64,000 bases of DNA from Trichoplax adhaerens (taxonomy: Eukaryota > Animalia > Placozoa), in NCBI RefSeq assembly GCF_000150275.1, contig NW_002060947.1, positions 480,695 through 544,694 on the forward strand. Reading direction: 5' to 3'. Below, in pieces: positions 1 to 11,020 of the stretch. Numbering within the stretch: position 1 is the stretch's first letter; the number at the start of each line of letters is the position of its first letter. Below the pieces are notes generated by a model. The model did no database searches. It worked only from the letters and a program-made list of their open reading frames with translations, and was not told the origin of the DNA. The position numbers were made by a program, and so were the translations under genes.

Positions 1-200
1 GAAAAGCGAACTCAATACTTTTTAATTCATTTGCTAAAAATTGTTTTACTTCCTCACAGATGGACGCAATCAAGAAATATCTGACATTACTTACTATACA
101 CAAAATAAAAACAAGTTGGTTTATTCTTGTGAATGCATAAATGGAAGCTGCTTTTGAAATTTATTTTAATGAATCCATTTATTCTAATGTTAATTGCAGG

Positions 201-3070
201 CATATTGTATCGGTTGGTTGGGATAAAAGAATAAATATATACAATGTAAGATGATTAGCTGTCTAACTTTTGATCTTTATAAGAATTCAACCTTGAGGAT
301 CATTATAAAGATTTCCGTTTATTCAGTATTAATATTCCTCAAAGATTCCGTAGCAGATAAATTTTTTAACTTCATTGCCCATCTACCATAATTAAGGACA
401 ATCCGGATGATTTTCGATATGTCCAGCCACCTATGCCTTACTGGACAGAAGATACTGTATGAAGTTGCTTAAGATTAATTATCTTCTGTTTGTTAGTGTT
501 TATATACCGATATTATATCGTGGTTTAATCATTAACAATAGATCAATGGCCATCAAGATGATATTCTTGGTATTGCTGTATGCTCACCGAATTTATTAGC
601 TACATCGAGTTATAAAGGCAGGGTATGTGGCATATTGCTATTTTTTTACAAGCTATCTTAATTAACACCGGATTTTCAATAATTTGGTCTCCCTTTATTT
701 TCCTTATATTCTATAAAATAAAGATAATTGTATGGAATTTGGTTTCTGGGCATATATTTTGTCGCTTGCAAGTACCATGTAAAGACTCTCAATATAAAGG
801 TATTTGAATAAATTACTCGGCATAATGGGTGCTAAACCTATGCGAAGTCACGATTTAGTATTGCTATTCTTTATTTAATTAGCTGGTGAACAGAATGCCA
901 TTACTAAGGTTACATTCCTTGGCACACGCTTGAATGATAAATTTTCTGCTATATTAGTCTCCAATGGACCTAACGGTAAATTCTTACTTTTGCGCTAAAA
1001 TATCAATCTGATATTAAAATAACTGTATTGATGCCAAAGATTAAGAATGCGATGTTAAAATAAATATTTAGGCTATATCCATTTTTGGAATGTCTATAAT
1101 GGTGGTGCTATTTATGCGTCTTTCAAGGCGGTAAGTCTGCAAAATCCAATCATTTAATCTTACTTTTGGAAAAATTATTTCCATATAATTAAAGATAATT
1201 TTATCTATCATCCACAATTTTTAATAAAAATTACAGACGGATTTTGATGAAATTGTGGCCATTGCCACCAATCATGATAACAGTAGATTATTTACCGCTG
1301 ACGCTAAAGGTAAGCATTAAATGTAGCGCAAATGTTAAAATTGCACGCATAACATAGAGTTCTTATAATTATCAAATTAGGTCAGGCATGATTTAAATTC
1401 TAATATTATATTTTAGGTTTTATTGGCACTTGGGATATCAAGACTTATGCGTCCGGTGGCAAAGAGTATATGCCACCAGATGGTATGTACAATATAAATT
1501 ATTATCATGATATCAGATTATTTATTATGATAGTATGATAATAATAAGAATTACTATTGTACCGTCTCTTAATTAGTGCTATATTCTTGGAGAGCTCATA
1601 CTCAAACTATAACATCGTAAGTTTACAACGAGTATTCTGCGTAAATCATCGTTGTCATCACTGTTAATGTGTTTGAAAATCTAAATTTTGAGGCCAAATT
1701 ACAATTTATAGGATGGATTTGATTGAATATCAGGAGGCTATTGCAACAGCATCAACTGATTGTACTTTGAGACTTTGGACCTACGAAGGGAAATATATTG
1801 GTAAATTTTGTTGCTTCACATAATTAGATAAACTAACAACAAAATTGATAACATTGATGCAGATAAATGGCTATTAACATCTCTCTTGCTTTAGGCACTT
1901 TTGGTCAACAAGAGAGCTGGGATATCTACGATCCAACATCCTATCAGAGCCCTATGGTACCTTATGATGTCTTAGTCGATCCTCAAAGTCTTCCTAATCA
2001 CCCCATTTTGAAAGAGAAAACGGACATAATGCAAGTTGCGAATAAAAATTCGACTGTAGAACCTGAAAAAAAAAAAGGGCCCAACGTCCAGGTAAATCAC
2101 TAATTACAAATAATTTTAATCGGTATTACTAGTAAGCCTTGATAGATTTGGAATTCATTCCATATACTGTATACAGAAAATATGTTTGATATCACGTATA
2201 AAAGTGTAGCAATTTATAGTCCCAGTATTCAGAATCATAAAATATTACCCCTTTTAGAAATACTTAATTAGCCCTAGTACCACTGCTAACGTGTTTACCT
2301 TGCAGTATTTTACATCTGTTTGCTACCTCTATTGATTTAATTCCTAGAGCCTCTTTTCGTAATTATGCGTATTTCGTATGTACTGGTATTATTAATTCAA
2401 GGCTGTTAACTGATATCCTTAATTGTGTGCAATTTCTCTTATGTATTTTCATAGGTTGAGCAATCCCCGACGCAATGGTATAAGAATATGAAGCATAATT
2501 CAAAGTAAGCAGTCCCATTAGTCACACAATTAATAACTATAATTTATTATTGAGCTATTGTAGTGCCGAATCATATAGCCAGCGTTTGTATAAATAAGCA
2601 GTCCTTTATTGATAGTAACGCTTTGATCATTTATTAAATACTATTTGACTCATTTCAAGGTTCGATGATTTGGATATTACTTCTGAAGTTTTAAGAGAAA
2701 GGCTAACTGGATCTGGCAAGAGGTACTTTGTGTTGATAGATCAAATACTAATCCATAATAGATTGTATTCTACAATACACAGATGATAGGATATGCATCG
2801 AATAGACGACGTTCTTAGCCAATAATATTAACTTGACGTAATTTATATAGTATGTAGGATAGTAGTAGAATATATACCAACTTTACTAACTGAGGTGTTT
2901 ACCTGCGTAGATTACGTCACGAGATTCTAACACCATTACTAAGATCCAGAAGTGGCGTTACAAGGGAGTACCAATCTCTACCATGTTACGATTTGCAGGA
3001 CACACCCTCTATACCGGAGCCTCAAAAATTGACATCGCATAACGATCCATTCGATAGTATTTTTAACTAA
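201..3070 (+). CDS. WD40-repeat protein, WDR49/WDR64/WDR95 (WDY-like) family; 3' portion, multi-exon, 5' end outside window
   Basis: Short GT-AG exons translate to WD repeats: IVSVGWDKRINIY, GHQDDILGIAVCSPNLLATSSYKGR/IIVWNLVSGHIFCRL, GYIHFWNV, SWRAHTQTITS, IATASTDCTLRLWTYEGKYIGTFGQQESWDIY. Ends DPFDSIFN-TAA at 3068-3070. The subfamily is assigned from recalled similarity only. Confidence 0.8.
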
Positions 3071-3564
3071 CTGTATTACCCGATAACACATCAGGATTGT
3101 AAATTGCCACGCAATACATTTGTTAACTAGGACAATAGTCTTCTGAACTTATATTCTATCAAAGCATAGCTTCATGTAAATATGTGACATTTTATAAATA
3201 TTTTTAAACTGTAACATAAGAATTTCATTTGCAATGATTTCTTATCATTTATTCACAGTAATTTCATGTGATGACAGGATAAGTCTAATCTACTGCTATA
3301 TTGATCGAATCAATTAAATTATACAAAATCTATTATCTCCACACACTATTCTTATTCAAAGTATGCCATAATAAATATTGAATTTTATTTAACGCAATTA
3401 GCTACAGAAGCACTGCTAATTTACATTGAAATCATCTGGTACGGTATTACTTCAGGGATGAGCATCCCTTCATGGGACTGCTATTCATATATTTATATCA
3501 GATCCATATTAAGATGATTATAACGGTGCAGGCTCTAAGTCTTAGTACATTATCATAACATGGT

Positions 3565-6399
3565 TTAATATTCATGTTCAGTACGAAGTAAAAGATAGAC
3601 AGCAGCGGTTAAACCACCAATGTTGATCCAGTAGCAATGGCGTCTTTTCCATAAATGCTTGTACTGTTGTAGAACCTAATCAAACATTGTATTTTACATA
3701 ATTTTCTAGTTATTACATTCCAAATTTCGTATTTGATAAGAAAAAACGTTCATCGAACAAAGTGGCTACCTTAGTCATAACTTTGCTGTCTTGAGTTAGT
3801 AATACCGCTCTGCCACTTGAACAGCGACAAATCCGCGCCATTTCGGACAATGCATGATCATATAATTTCCAGTTTTTGTGCTTACTGCCAATTCTAATAT
3901 TTAATAACACTAATTTATCGACGGCAAATGATGCAAATTTATGTGATAACAAATAATGTTAGATAAAACACACAATACATCATTTCTACTTGACATTTCC
4001 CAACCTTTTGCCAAACGGCTGCAAAAGAAATAGATTTTTGAAATTATAACGATATAAACATCAAATTATATACAGTGAGTACTATTATCATAGCTGCAGC
4101 AGTTATACGTAATTACCATATCGGATACAACGATATCAACACTATTACGACGAAGTGGTAAACAGCAAACATCCCATGTTGCTACGTCCATCGCCATCGA
4201 TCTATGTAAAAAGAGTTCCGATATTATGCCAAGGGTAAATCCGAAATTAATTTATTAATGAGTAGCGGAGCTGGTTAGTAGTCAGAAATAATTTTTCACT
4301 CTTTCTTAGAATAAGCTAATCAATTTATGTCAAGTTGTGGGTGGTTGCTTTTTATTCCTTTATTTTACTTTGTAAAATTTGATTTAAGTACAGCAAGTAC
4401 TAGACATAAAAATTACTAACTCACCTAATATTATTCTGGTTACCAGCATAGTCCCTATTTGCAACAGATCTGAGGCCAGCAGCATGATGATTATCACCGC
4501 AGATATGAAATGAACTAATCCAATTAACAGCTCCCTAGATAGAGACAAAGATATCAAGGTAATGAATATGTAGGCAGGACTGATACTTCAATTCGAATAC
4601 TGCCCAGATTGGAGGTTACATTACCTCGACACTAATGGAGCCTCCACCAGCCATAGGATCACAAACAATGTCTCCATTCTGAATATCAGCTAACCTACAA
4701 AGTGGTTGAATACCAACATCGTAATGCGTATAGACGCGATATTCCGTAGTGTAATGTAAAGTGCAGTCATTAAGTAACAATGACAAATTTTCTACCTGAG
4801 CATATTATAAGCTATAGTTGAACGTAAAGCCGTTGGACCAAATTGGGTAATATTACGCCTGTGTAAGCTAGCACCAGTGAGAGCAATTGAGATATTGATT
4901 GAATTTTCGACAATATTGAGTATAACATTAATATCAGGGTTGCTTAGATCAACACGCCAATGCAGGAGGTCATTTATAGCTCCACCAAATTTGGCTGCAC
5001 AATCCATGGAAGTAAATTGATGATCCTTGCCAACACGGTTACACGTAACTCGAAAGGTTGGTGTAGCAATCGGAATAACGTTATTCGGATGTGCGTTGAT
5101 AGAGACATTGTTTTGAAGAGAAGCTTCTTGATTTTTATCATATAATAAAGCCGATGGAGGCATAGTAAAATCCGGAAGGGTTGGATAAGGCTTTCCGGTA
5201 AACAAGTGCCAGGTATATAACGGTTGTTTCCATTGTAATTGACTAGGTAAATCCAATAATCTATCCTGAAATGTCTCCTATTATCATTATGGTATAATAG
5301 TGTCGGTTGTGAGATTCATTATGCTTTGATATGTTGTCCTTGAGCAATAATGATTTATTAGGCAAAGAATGTCATTTGCATACGTCAAATAATACGTATT
5401 TGAGCATACGTTGTACTACTGACCTGAGGAGTGCAATATCCATCCATTTCAGCAACCATCACAGATAAGTTATCAACCGATTTTAAAGTATGCAGCTGGA
5501 AGTAGTATGCAATAGGTAAATTTCAGCTTTGTCAATAAATCATAATGAGGTATCGATGATAGCATAAGCACTCGATACTATTACTACAGCAATTATATAC
5601 GTATCATTGATTACGGTGGTGTGCGAGCAGCCTTCAGATTGATTCAACTACAGTACTAACAAATACATGTACTGTGTAGGGATACAGCACTGCCATCAGC
5701 CTACGCAAAAGGCAGTTGTACGCAGATACAGTCAATGTCCCTTCAGCCTATTTGCCCTATAAATGCAAGCTACGTGAAGATTCATTAAACCACTGACAAC
5801 TACATGTACTGTGTAGGGATACAGCACTGCTATCAGCCTACACCGAAGGCAAGTTGTACGCCAATACAGTCAATATCCCTTCAGCCTATACGCCATATTA
5901 ATTTAATGTGAGCTGCCTTAAGATAAATTAAACCACTGACAACTACATGTACGGTGTAGTTATACAGCACTGCCATCAGCCTACGCAGAAGGCAAGTTGT
6001 ACGCGAATCCAGTCAGTATCTCTCCAGCCTATACACCCCATCTTAAGGTAATGAGTGTTTGACTTCACTATTAGTACTTGACCAAGCTATGCTACAGTTA
6101 TTCAAGTGTTTAAGCTGTAATAGTCAATCCCTAGGTGAGAATCAGGTAACGCTGGATTTTCGATCAAGTGATAGCAATATATCAATATTTTTTATTTTCA
6201 CCTTATTGACGTCTGCTGGAGGTATGGAAAAATAAATCCGACCTCGTCCTAACTGGGCATCGGTGGTTAATTTTTCAGAGCACTCTTGACCAGCTAAAGC
6301 TTCAAAGCTGGTGGTCACCGTAGCACAGATTTTACTACTTGTTGTAGTATCCAATTGCATTGCAGGTAAATTAGTGTCTGAATTCTGCAATTCAGTCAT
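3565..6399 (-). CDS. THUMPD3: THUMP domain-containing tRNA m2G methyltransferase (Trm14/THUMPD3 family), multi-exon
   Basis: Exons give LHTLKSVDNL, TFRVTCNRVGKDHQFTSMDCAAKFGGAI, SLHRRNITQFGPTALRSTIAYNMLR, VCDPMAGGGSISVE (SAM motif), WDVCCLPLRRNSVDIVVSDMPFGKRLG and WINIGGLTAAVYLLLRT. Stop at 3565-3567. Confidence 0.92.
5662..6036. repeat. Tandem repeat, about 140-bp unit x3, in THUMPD3 intron 1
   Basis: TACATGTACTGTGTAGGGATACAGCACTGCCATCAGCCTAC...GGCAAGTTGTACGC...CAGTCAAT..CCCTTCAGCCTAT recurs at about 5662, 5798 and 5941. Confidence 0.9.
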
Positions 6400-6527
6400 G
6401 TCTTTATTCTAAGTTGAAGTCTATGTGTGCGATTTCAAGGCTGTAAAGAGTAGACAGATGATCAAGCAATGATAGACGGTCCAGTTTGCCTTGCAGACAG
6501 GTGAGTGTTGTGAATAACAATGGTCAG

Positions 6528-6952
6528 CAGCCGTATCGTTTCAATATAACTTGGATACGCTACTAGGAGACTAGATAAGGCTATTACGTATCGCTATACT
6601 CGTTCCACTCAGGTTTTTATTCGTGTCTACAGCCGTATCGTTTCAATATGCCTTGGATACGCTACTAGGAGACTAGATAAGGCTGTTACAAATCGCTCTA
6701 CTCGTTCCACTCAGATTTTTACTTGTGTCGGAGACTAGATACGGTTATTACATATCCGCTATACTCGTTCCACTCACGTTTTTACTCGTGTCTACAGCCG
6801 TATCGTTTCAATATGCCTTGGATACGCTACTTGAAGACTAGATAAGGCTGTTACAAATCGCTTGTACTCATTCCACTCAGATTTTTACTCGTGTCGGAGA
6901 CTAGATAAGGCTGTTACGTATCGCTATACTCGTTCCACTCAGGTTTTTACTG
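6528..6952. repeat. Composite tandem array of two units (A about 39 bp, B about 62 bp) in order A-B-A-B-B-A-B-B
   Basis: A=CAGCCGTATCGTTTCAATATGCCTTGGATACGCTACTAG at about 6528, 6630 and 6795. B=GAGACTAGATAAGGCTGTTAC..ATCGCT.TACTCGTTCCACTCAG.TTTTTACTCGTGTC at about 6567, 6669, 6731, 6834 and 6897. Confidence 0.92.
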
Positions 6953-6999
6953 GGGTGTCACATCAGCTACGCTTCAGTTGAGGGCGTTTACCTTACAGT

Positions 7000-7930
7000 C
7001 TCTACTACAGTAGTACTGTAGTACTCTGGCCTACTCGTTTCCGTACTGTACTGTACTGTACTGTAGACTGGCGAGAGTTTTATGGCGGCAGGCTTGTAGA
7101 CCAGAATAAAGAATAAGAAAGTGATTAACCCTGAGGTTGAGCCGCTTCTGAATTAAGTTTACTTCAGTCAATGGACAATTTGGTATAAGCTAGTGGGGGG
7201 TCTAGTGTACTGTATGTATCCTAGAGTCCCTCTTGGGTCTTGAGTGTACGCTAGAAAGCTGAACAAATCAGGATTTTTGACACTACAGTATTGATATTCT
7301 ACAATATAGATGAATCCAAGTGTTGCGCTAGCAGTGCAGTATCGCAGAATGCTGCAAAACAACGAGATGCATCATTCGACCTGTTGTCTAACATGGTGAC
7401 ATACTGTGCATGTCTTGTCGCTCCTCGTTTGCCTTATTAATGATGAATACTCAATCGCCATGTAACATCTTCATCATTCAGCAAGGCGATCTTGTCTTCA
7501 GTAGGGCTAAAGAAAGCAAGAAGGACGAGAAATCGACAGCATAATCGAATCTTGCAGCAACGAAATTGGGCCGACAGTCGTGGACACTGTCACTTGTACT
7601 GAACTCTGCCATGAGTCCATGACACTTGTGTACGAATCTGTCTACTGAGTCATACACTCCAAAAAAGACCTCCAGTAGTAGTCCCTCTATTTCTACTGTA
7701 CTGTACCATGGACGAGAGGTCCATCGTCTATGGTGTTATGTTGGTGGTAATCGGTAGTAGTTAGCCAGTACTGTACTATACTATACTGTACAGACATAGA
7801 GGGTCTCTACTGTACTGTACTGTACAGTATCGATATGTTTCTATATATAGTAACATATCGATGTGCAAGTGGGCAGTACCGTACCGTACCGTACTGCACC
7901 GGGCCGCACCGCGCCGGTCCGGACCGGACC
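7000..7930. promoter_or_regulatory. Putative bidirectional promoter THUMPD3 / NB-ARC gene with (TACTG)n tracts, a 34-bp palindrome and a GC-rich (GNNCC)11 tract
   Basis: Lies between divergent start codons (6399 and 8160). TACTG runs at about 7043-7063, 7694-7705 and 7808-7825; palindrome at 7829-7862; pentamer ladder at 7876-7930. The regulatory role is inferred. Confidence 0.5.
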
Positions 7931-8159
7931 ATTCCGTGGCGCCTGTGGAGCTAACAGCGCGTCGCTTTGCTACAAATACGCTGTTCTCTCTCTTTTCTAT
8001 ACATTTGTATGCTCACGCTACAGGTGCATTAACCATTTTACCGACCGAGTGGAGATCACGGGAGAAAAAGTGACGAAATCCACTACCCAAAATTTTATTA
8101 TTATTATTATTATCAATTGTTGTGGTTGCTATTTGCAGCACTTTGGCTAGCACGGTATC

Positions 8160-10853
8160 ATGTCCGCACAAGAGGTATCGGATATCGATCAAGTACTCCA
8201 TCAATTACAAAAATCAGTGGACGCTGGTGCACGTTCCGTCAACAGTAAACTATTGAAACAGTTACAACAAGCGTTGGATGAAGTTGACAATCATAAGATT
8301 AAACGTTCAATTTCTTTTATCTTGGATGTTGTGAAAGATGGTAAATCACAGGCTTGGTTGTGGCAAGTGGCCCGAGTGGTACGTTTATGCTTACTTAGAC
8401 ATTTGAAGGAAAGACGATTGGATGAACCAACGGTGAAATGTTATCGATCACTATGCGAAGAAATTGCGATAGTCTTTGGTATTTTAGATTCCAATATAGG
8501 TTACCATAAATCCCGACAATTATCAATCATGCCGCCTTACCTCTTATACTATGAGTTACGAATTATTGAGCAACAGTTGGCTGATTGCATCGATGAACAA
8601 TCCGACTTGGTTTTTGCACCTTTCAATCCAATTTATATTAGTGTCCAAGACTTAATCAATTGTTATGATAACAACGAAGATCCAAATGGTGTCCAAATGG
8701 ATCAAATACGACCAAGACAGAATAAATTTCAAGATATTTTATGGGAGTTGTGTGGTTTTCGAAATAACAACCCCTTCGATTTACGTATCTACCTCACTTT
8801 AGATCTTCTTTCTACTCTCCTGCTACAATGTGAACATAATCAGACTATTATACAAAAAATTGCTTACCTTAAAATTAATTATAATGCTTTTGCAGTGGAC
8901 GAAAATCAATTTACCTATGGTTTACAGGATTACTTGAATCAGTTATTAAACGACGTGGATAATACTGATCGTCACAATGCTAACTATAATCCTCAAAGGC
9001 TCATTGTTAAATATGTCGAAGATGCTACTAAATTATTACGCCTCAACGATCAATTATCTCCTTCTATTTCAGCCAGTTTACGAGCTGATCTAAAACTAGT
9101 CTTAACCAAAGCGTCTACGCCCTATTTAAATCGTGCACTCAGTCATCTTGATTTAGAAACAGAAGAGAACCTCAATGCAAACACAAGTAATAATAACCTC
9201 GATCAAATCGATGGTAACATCAACAACGAACTGTTAGTACTCTCCTTGCCCAATTTACCTCAACCTTGTATAGGACGAAAGGAAGAACTTAGCTTAATCG
9301 ATCAGCAAATATCTCAAACGGATAAATGGTCCATTTCACAGGTCGCAATTACCGGCTTAGGCGGTGCAGGGAAAACCTATGTTGCTCTTCAGTATGCTCG
9401 TACGTGCCTTGAAAGGCAACGTTACAATATTGTCTATTGGATCCATTCGGAAACTGTATTATCACTACAAAGTAGCCTAATAAGTTTGACCTATGAAATG
9501 GCTAGCAAGTTATCTCTAGATCAAGATCGATCTATTAAGGCTTTGTGTGAAGAAGTTAACAATGATCCTCAAGGGCGACCCATTTTATCATCGTATATGA
9601 ATAACCAGATATTAACGGCCATAGGTTCTAACGATCGTGTTCAAAATATCATTAGTAAATGCCGTCAGGTAATACAACATTCACGCCAACTCAACTTTCT
9701 ATTAATCTATGACAATGCCGACAATATTGAAATGGTTTCTAGTTATATACCGTCTTGTGGTAACTGTCATATTATAATAACATCTAGAAATAGGAACTGG
9801 CCTAATGCTATTGACATTGGCCCCTTCGATAGGCCAACATCGATTTGCTATTTATCCAACGAATTAACTAAGAGCGCCATATACCAACATCATCCTTTAG
9901 ATGAAGACCTGTTGGATAAATTATCTGATCAGTTAGGCGATTTACCATTAGCGTTATCGCATGCAACTAGATATATCATTCAAAATAAATACACGATCGA
10001 AAAATATATGGATTCATTTGAAAAAGAGCGTAGCCAACTATGGCATATTAAATATGCTCCAGATGAGTACAAACAGTACGGGCAATCAGAGCAAGAACAT
10101 TCGCAAGAACATTCGCAAGTAATCGCCCAAAAGAAGACTATCAGGACAACCTGGACTATATCTATGGATTCATTGCGTAAGAACGAAGAAATGTGCTATT
10201 ATATCATGCAATATCTTGCATATTTACGGCCGGATAATATTCCCAAGTGTTTAATTATTGATTTAACGAATTTTATCAGGAACAGTTGGTATTGGTATTT
10301 TCGTGAATTGTTACGTAAAGTTAATTTTAATAGTAAGAAGGACAAAGAAAATGTTCAACATTATATTGACATATTAGTAGACTATTCATTTTTATATGCC
10401 TACGATGACAATTATTCTATTCATCGATTATTACAACAGACTTTGCGCGATAAGAATAAAGTTGAAAAGCGACATAGTAAAATTTTATATACGCTATTGT
10501 CGTTTTTTGATAGTCAAGCTGAAATAGGGGTCGACTTGTCGATGCATGCATACCAATGCTGCAAATACACTACTAAAGATACCAAGTTATCAGCTGTACG
10601 GTCAAGTGTTCTTAAAAAAGTTAAACTTGCAGTCAAGTCTAACCCTTCCGATGCAGAAATTGCTGGTGATCTTGAATTTGATTTAATAACTAATATCGAA
10701 CGAATGAGCGATGAATTCAATAACAAATATTCCAGTAAGGATGAAACAACATCGAAAAGGATCTTTGGCAACTTAAGCCCATATATGACAACAACAATGT
10801 TGTTACCGCCATTAACCTTAATATGCGTGTTGATCATATTTAAAAGGGCGTAG
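8160..10853 (+). CDS. Intronless STAND NTPase (NB-ARC/AP-ATPase class, NLR-like), 897 aa, with helical N-terminal domain and C-terminal hydrophobic tail
   Basis: Pre-P-loop CIGRKEEL, Walker A GLGGAGKT (9354-9377), IVYWIHSE, Walker B LLIYDNAD, sensor-1 IIITSR, GxP motif LGDLPLAL, and winged-helix MHD-like YSIHRLLQQ. Ends MLLPPLTLICVLIIFKRA. Confidence 0.92.
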   Translation: MSAQEVSDIDQVLHQLQKSVDAGARSVNSKLLKQLQQALDEVDNHKIKRSISFILDVVKDGKSQAWLWQVARVVRLCLLRHLKERRLDEPTVKCYRSLCEEIAIVFGILDSNIGYHKSRQLSIMPPYLLYYELRIIEQQLADCIDEQSDLVFAPFNPIYISVQDLINCYDNNEDPNGVQMDQIRPRQNKFQDILWELCGFRNNNPFDLRIYLTLDLLSTLLLQCEHNQTIIQKIAYLKINYNAFAVDENQFTYGLQDYLNQLLNDVDNTDRHNANYNPQRLIVKYVEDATKLLRLNDQLSPSISASLRADLKLVLTKASTPYLNRALSHLDLETEENLNANTSNNNLDQIDGNINNELLVLSLPNLPQPCIGRKEELSLIDQQISQTDKWSISQVAITGLGGAGKTYVALQYARTCLERQRYNIVYWIHSETVLSLQSSLISLTYEMASKLSLDQDRSIKALCEEVNNDPQGRPILSSYMNNQILTAIGSNDRVQNIISKCRQVIQHSRQLNFLLIYDNADNIEMVSSYIPSCGNCHIIITSRNRNWPNAIDIGPFDRPTSICYLSNELTKSAIYQHHPLDEDLLDKLSDQLGDLPLALSHATRYIIQNKYTIEKYMDSFEKERSQLWHIKYAPDEYKQYGQSEQEHSQEHSQVIAQKKTIRTTWTISMDSLRKNEEMCYYIMQYLAYLRPDNIPKCLIIDLTNFIRNSWYWYFRELLRKVNFNSKKDKENVQHYIDILVDYSFLYAYDDNYSIHRLLQQTLRDKNKVEKRHSKILYTLLSFFDSQAEIGVDLSMHAYQCCKYTTKDTKLSAVRSSVLKKVKLAVKSNPSDAEIAGDLEFDLITNIERMSDEFNNKYSSKDETTSKRIFGNLSPYMTTTMLLPPLTLICVLIIFKRA

Positions 10854-11020
10854 TTTAGTGTAAATTTTGTGTAAAGGCAATTTTGAAAATATTACCAACG
10901 GTTATCAACTGTTCCTTTTTATTTTGTATTTTTACGGAAAGATTAGAAATATACATGTGAATGATAAAATCCAAGTATATGGAAATATAGCGAAAGAAAT
11001 AGAAATAATTGTACAAACAA

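Noticed and set aside
6528-6952. CRISPR-like repeat/spacer appearance
   Set aside because: The apparent spacers are themselves repeated, there are no cas genes, and the context is eukaryotic and intron-rich.
7861-8204. Three overlapping short ORFs upstream of the NB-ARC gene
   Set aside because: They arise from the GC-rich pentamer ladder and an (ATT)n run, with non-ATG or weak starts and no protein-like signal.
10091-10119. 12-bp duplication (QEHSQEHSQ) in the NB-ARC gene
   Set aside because: It is a small in-frame slippage in a probable loop with no evident significance.
10514-10837. 107-aa antisense ORF
   Set aside because: It is a shadow of the NB-ARC coding strand with no independent features.
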